From: Heptranchias perlo
Lineage: Eukaryota
Reading direction: 5' to 3'
Assembly: GCF_035084215.1 (NCBI RefSeq)
Contig: NC_090325.1
Span: forward strand, 51,646,001 to 51,710,000
DNA length: 64,000 nucleotides
Each line of letters opens with the position of its first letter. The first letter of the stretch is position 1. Of this stretch, positions 63,871-64,000 are shown one piece after another. The notes below the pieces were generated by a model. That model worked only from the letters and a program-made list of their open reading frames with translations, ran no database searches and had not been told where the DNA came from. A program made the translations under genes and the position numbers.

Positions 63871-64000
63871 GGGCCCGATTTTACCAGGGGTGCGGGTTCT
63901 CGGCGGGTGGGCCAGCGGGCGCGTTAAAAACGCGCCCGGTGAAATTAGTGGGTTTCCCGCGCGATCGTAGCAGGCAACACACTAATTGGAGCCACTTAAC
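63871..64000. mobile_element. Left end of another Harbinger-family element, running off the window
   Basis: GGGCCCGATTTTA TIR; …AATTGGAGCCACTTAAC matches the subterminal sequence at 10202-10218. Confidence 0.75.

Overview
Vertebrate genomic DNA, very likely a cartilaginous fish (shark), judged from the CR1, L2, DeuSINE, Penelope and Harbinger repeat mix. The only host gene is the 5' part of a + strand bubblegum-family long-chain acyl-CoA synthetase (ACSBG2-like). Ten coding exons from 32116 to 58146 splice in consistent phase (1784 nt, about 594 codons), include the IYTSGTTGSPKG AMP-binding loop and use one GC-AG intron; the gene runs off the right edge. A CpG-rich candidate promoter and non-coding first exon lies near 4800-5255. 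The rest is dense, often nested transposon debris: CR1-group and L2 LINEs, DeuSINE-type SINEs, and two-gene PIF/Harbinger DNA transposons (DDE transposase plus Myb/SANT protein) with deletion derivatives and a MITE. The most unusual signal is a set of Penelope-like-element (PLE) termini carrying minimal hammerhead ribozyme motifs. One is a ~700-bp intronic fold-back palindrome holding a sense hammerhead and its mutated antisense twin; another is a miniature perfect-hairpin relative. Most ORFs in the supplied track are LINE fragments or their antisense shadows.
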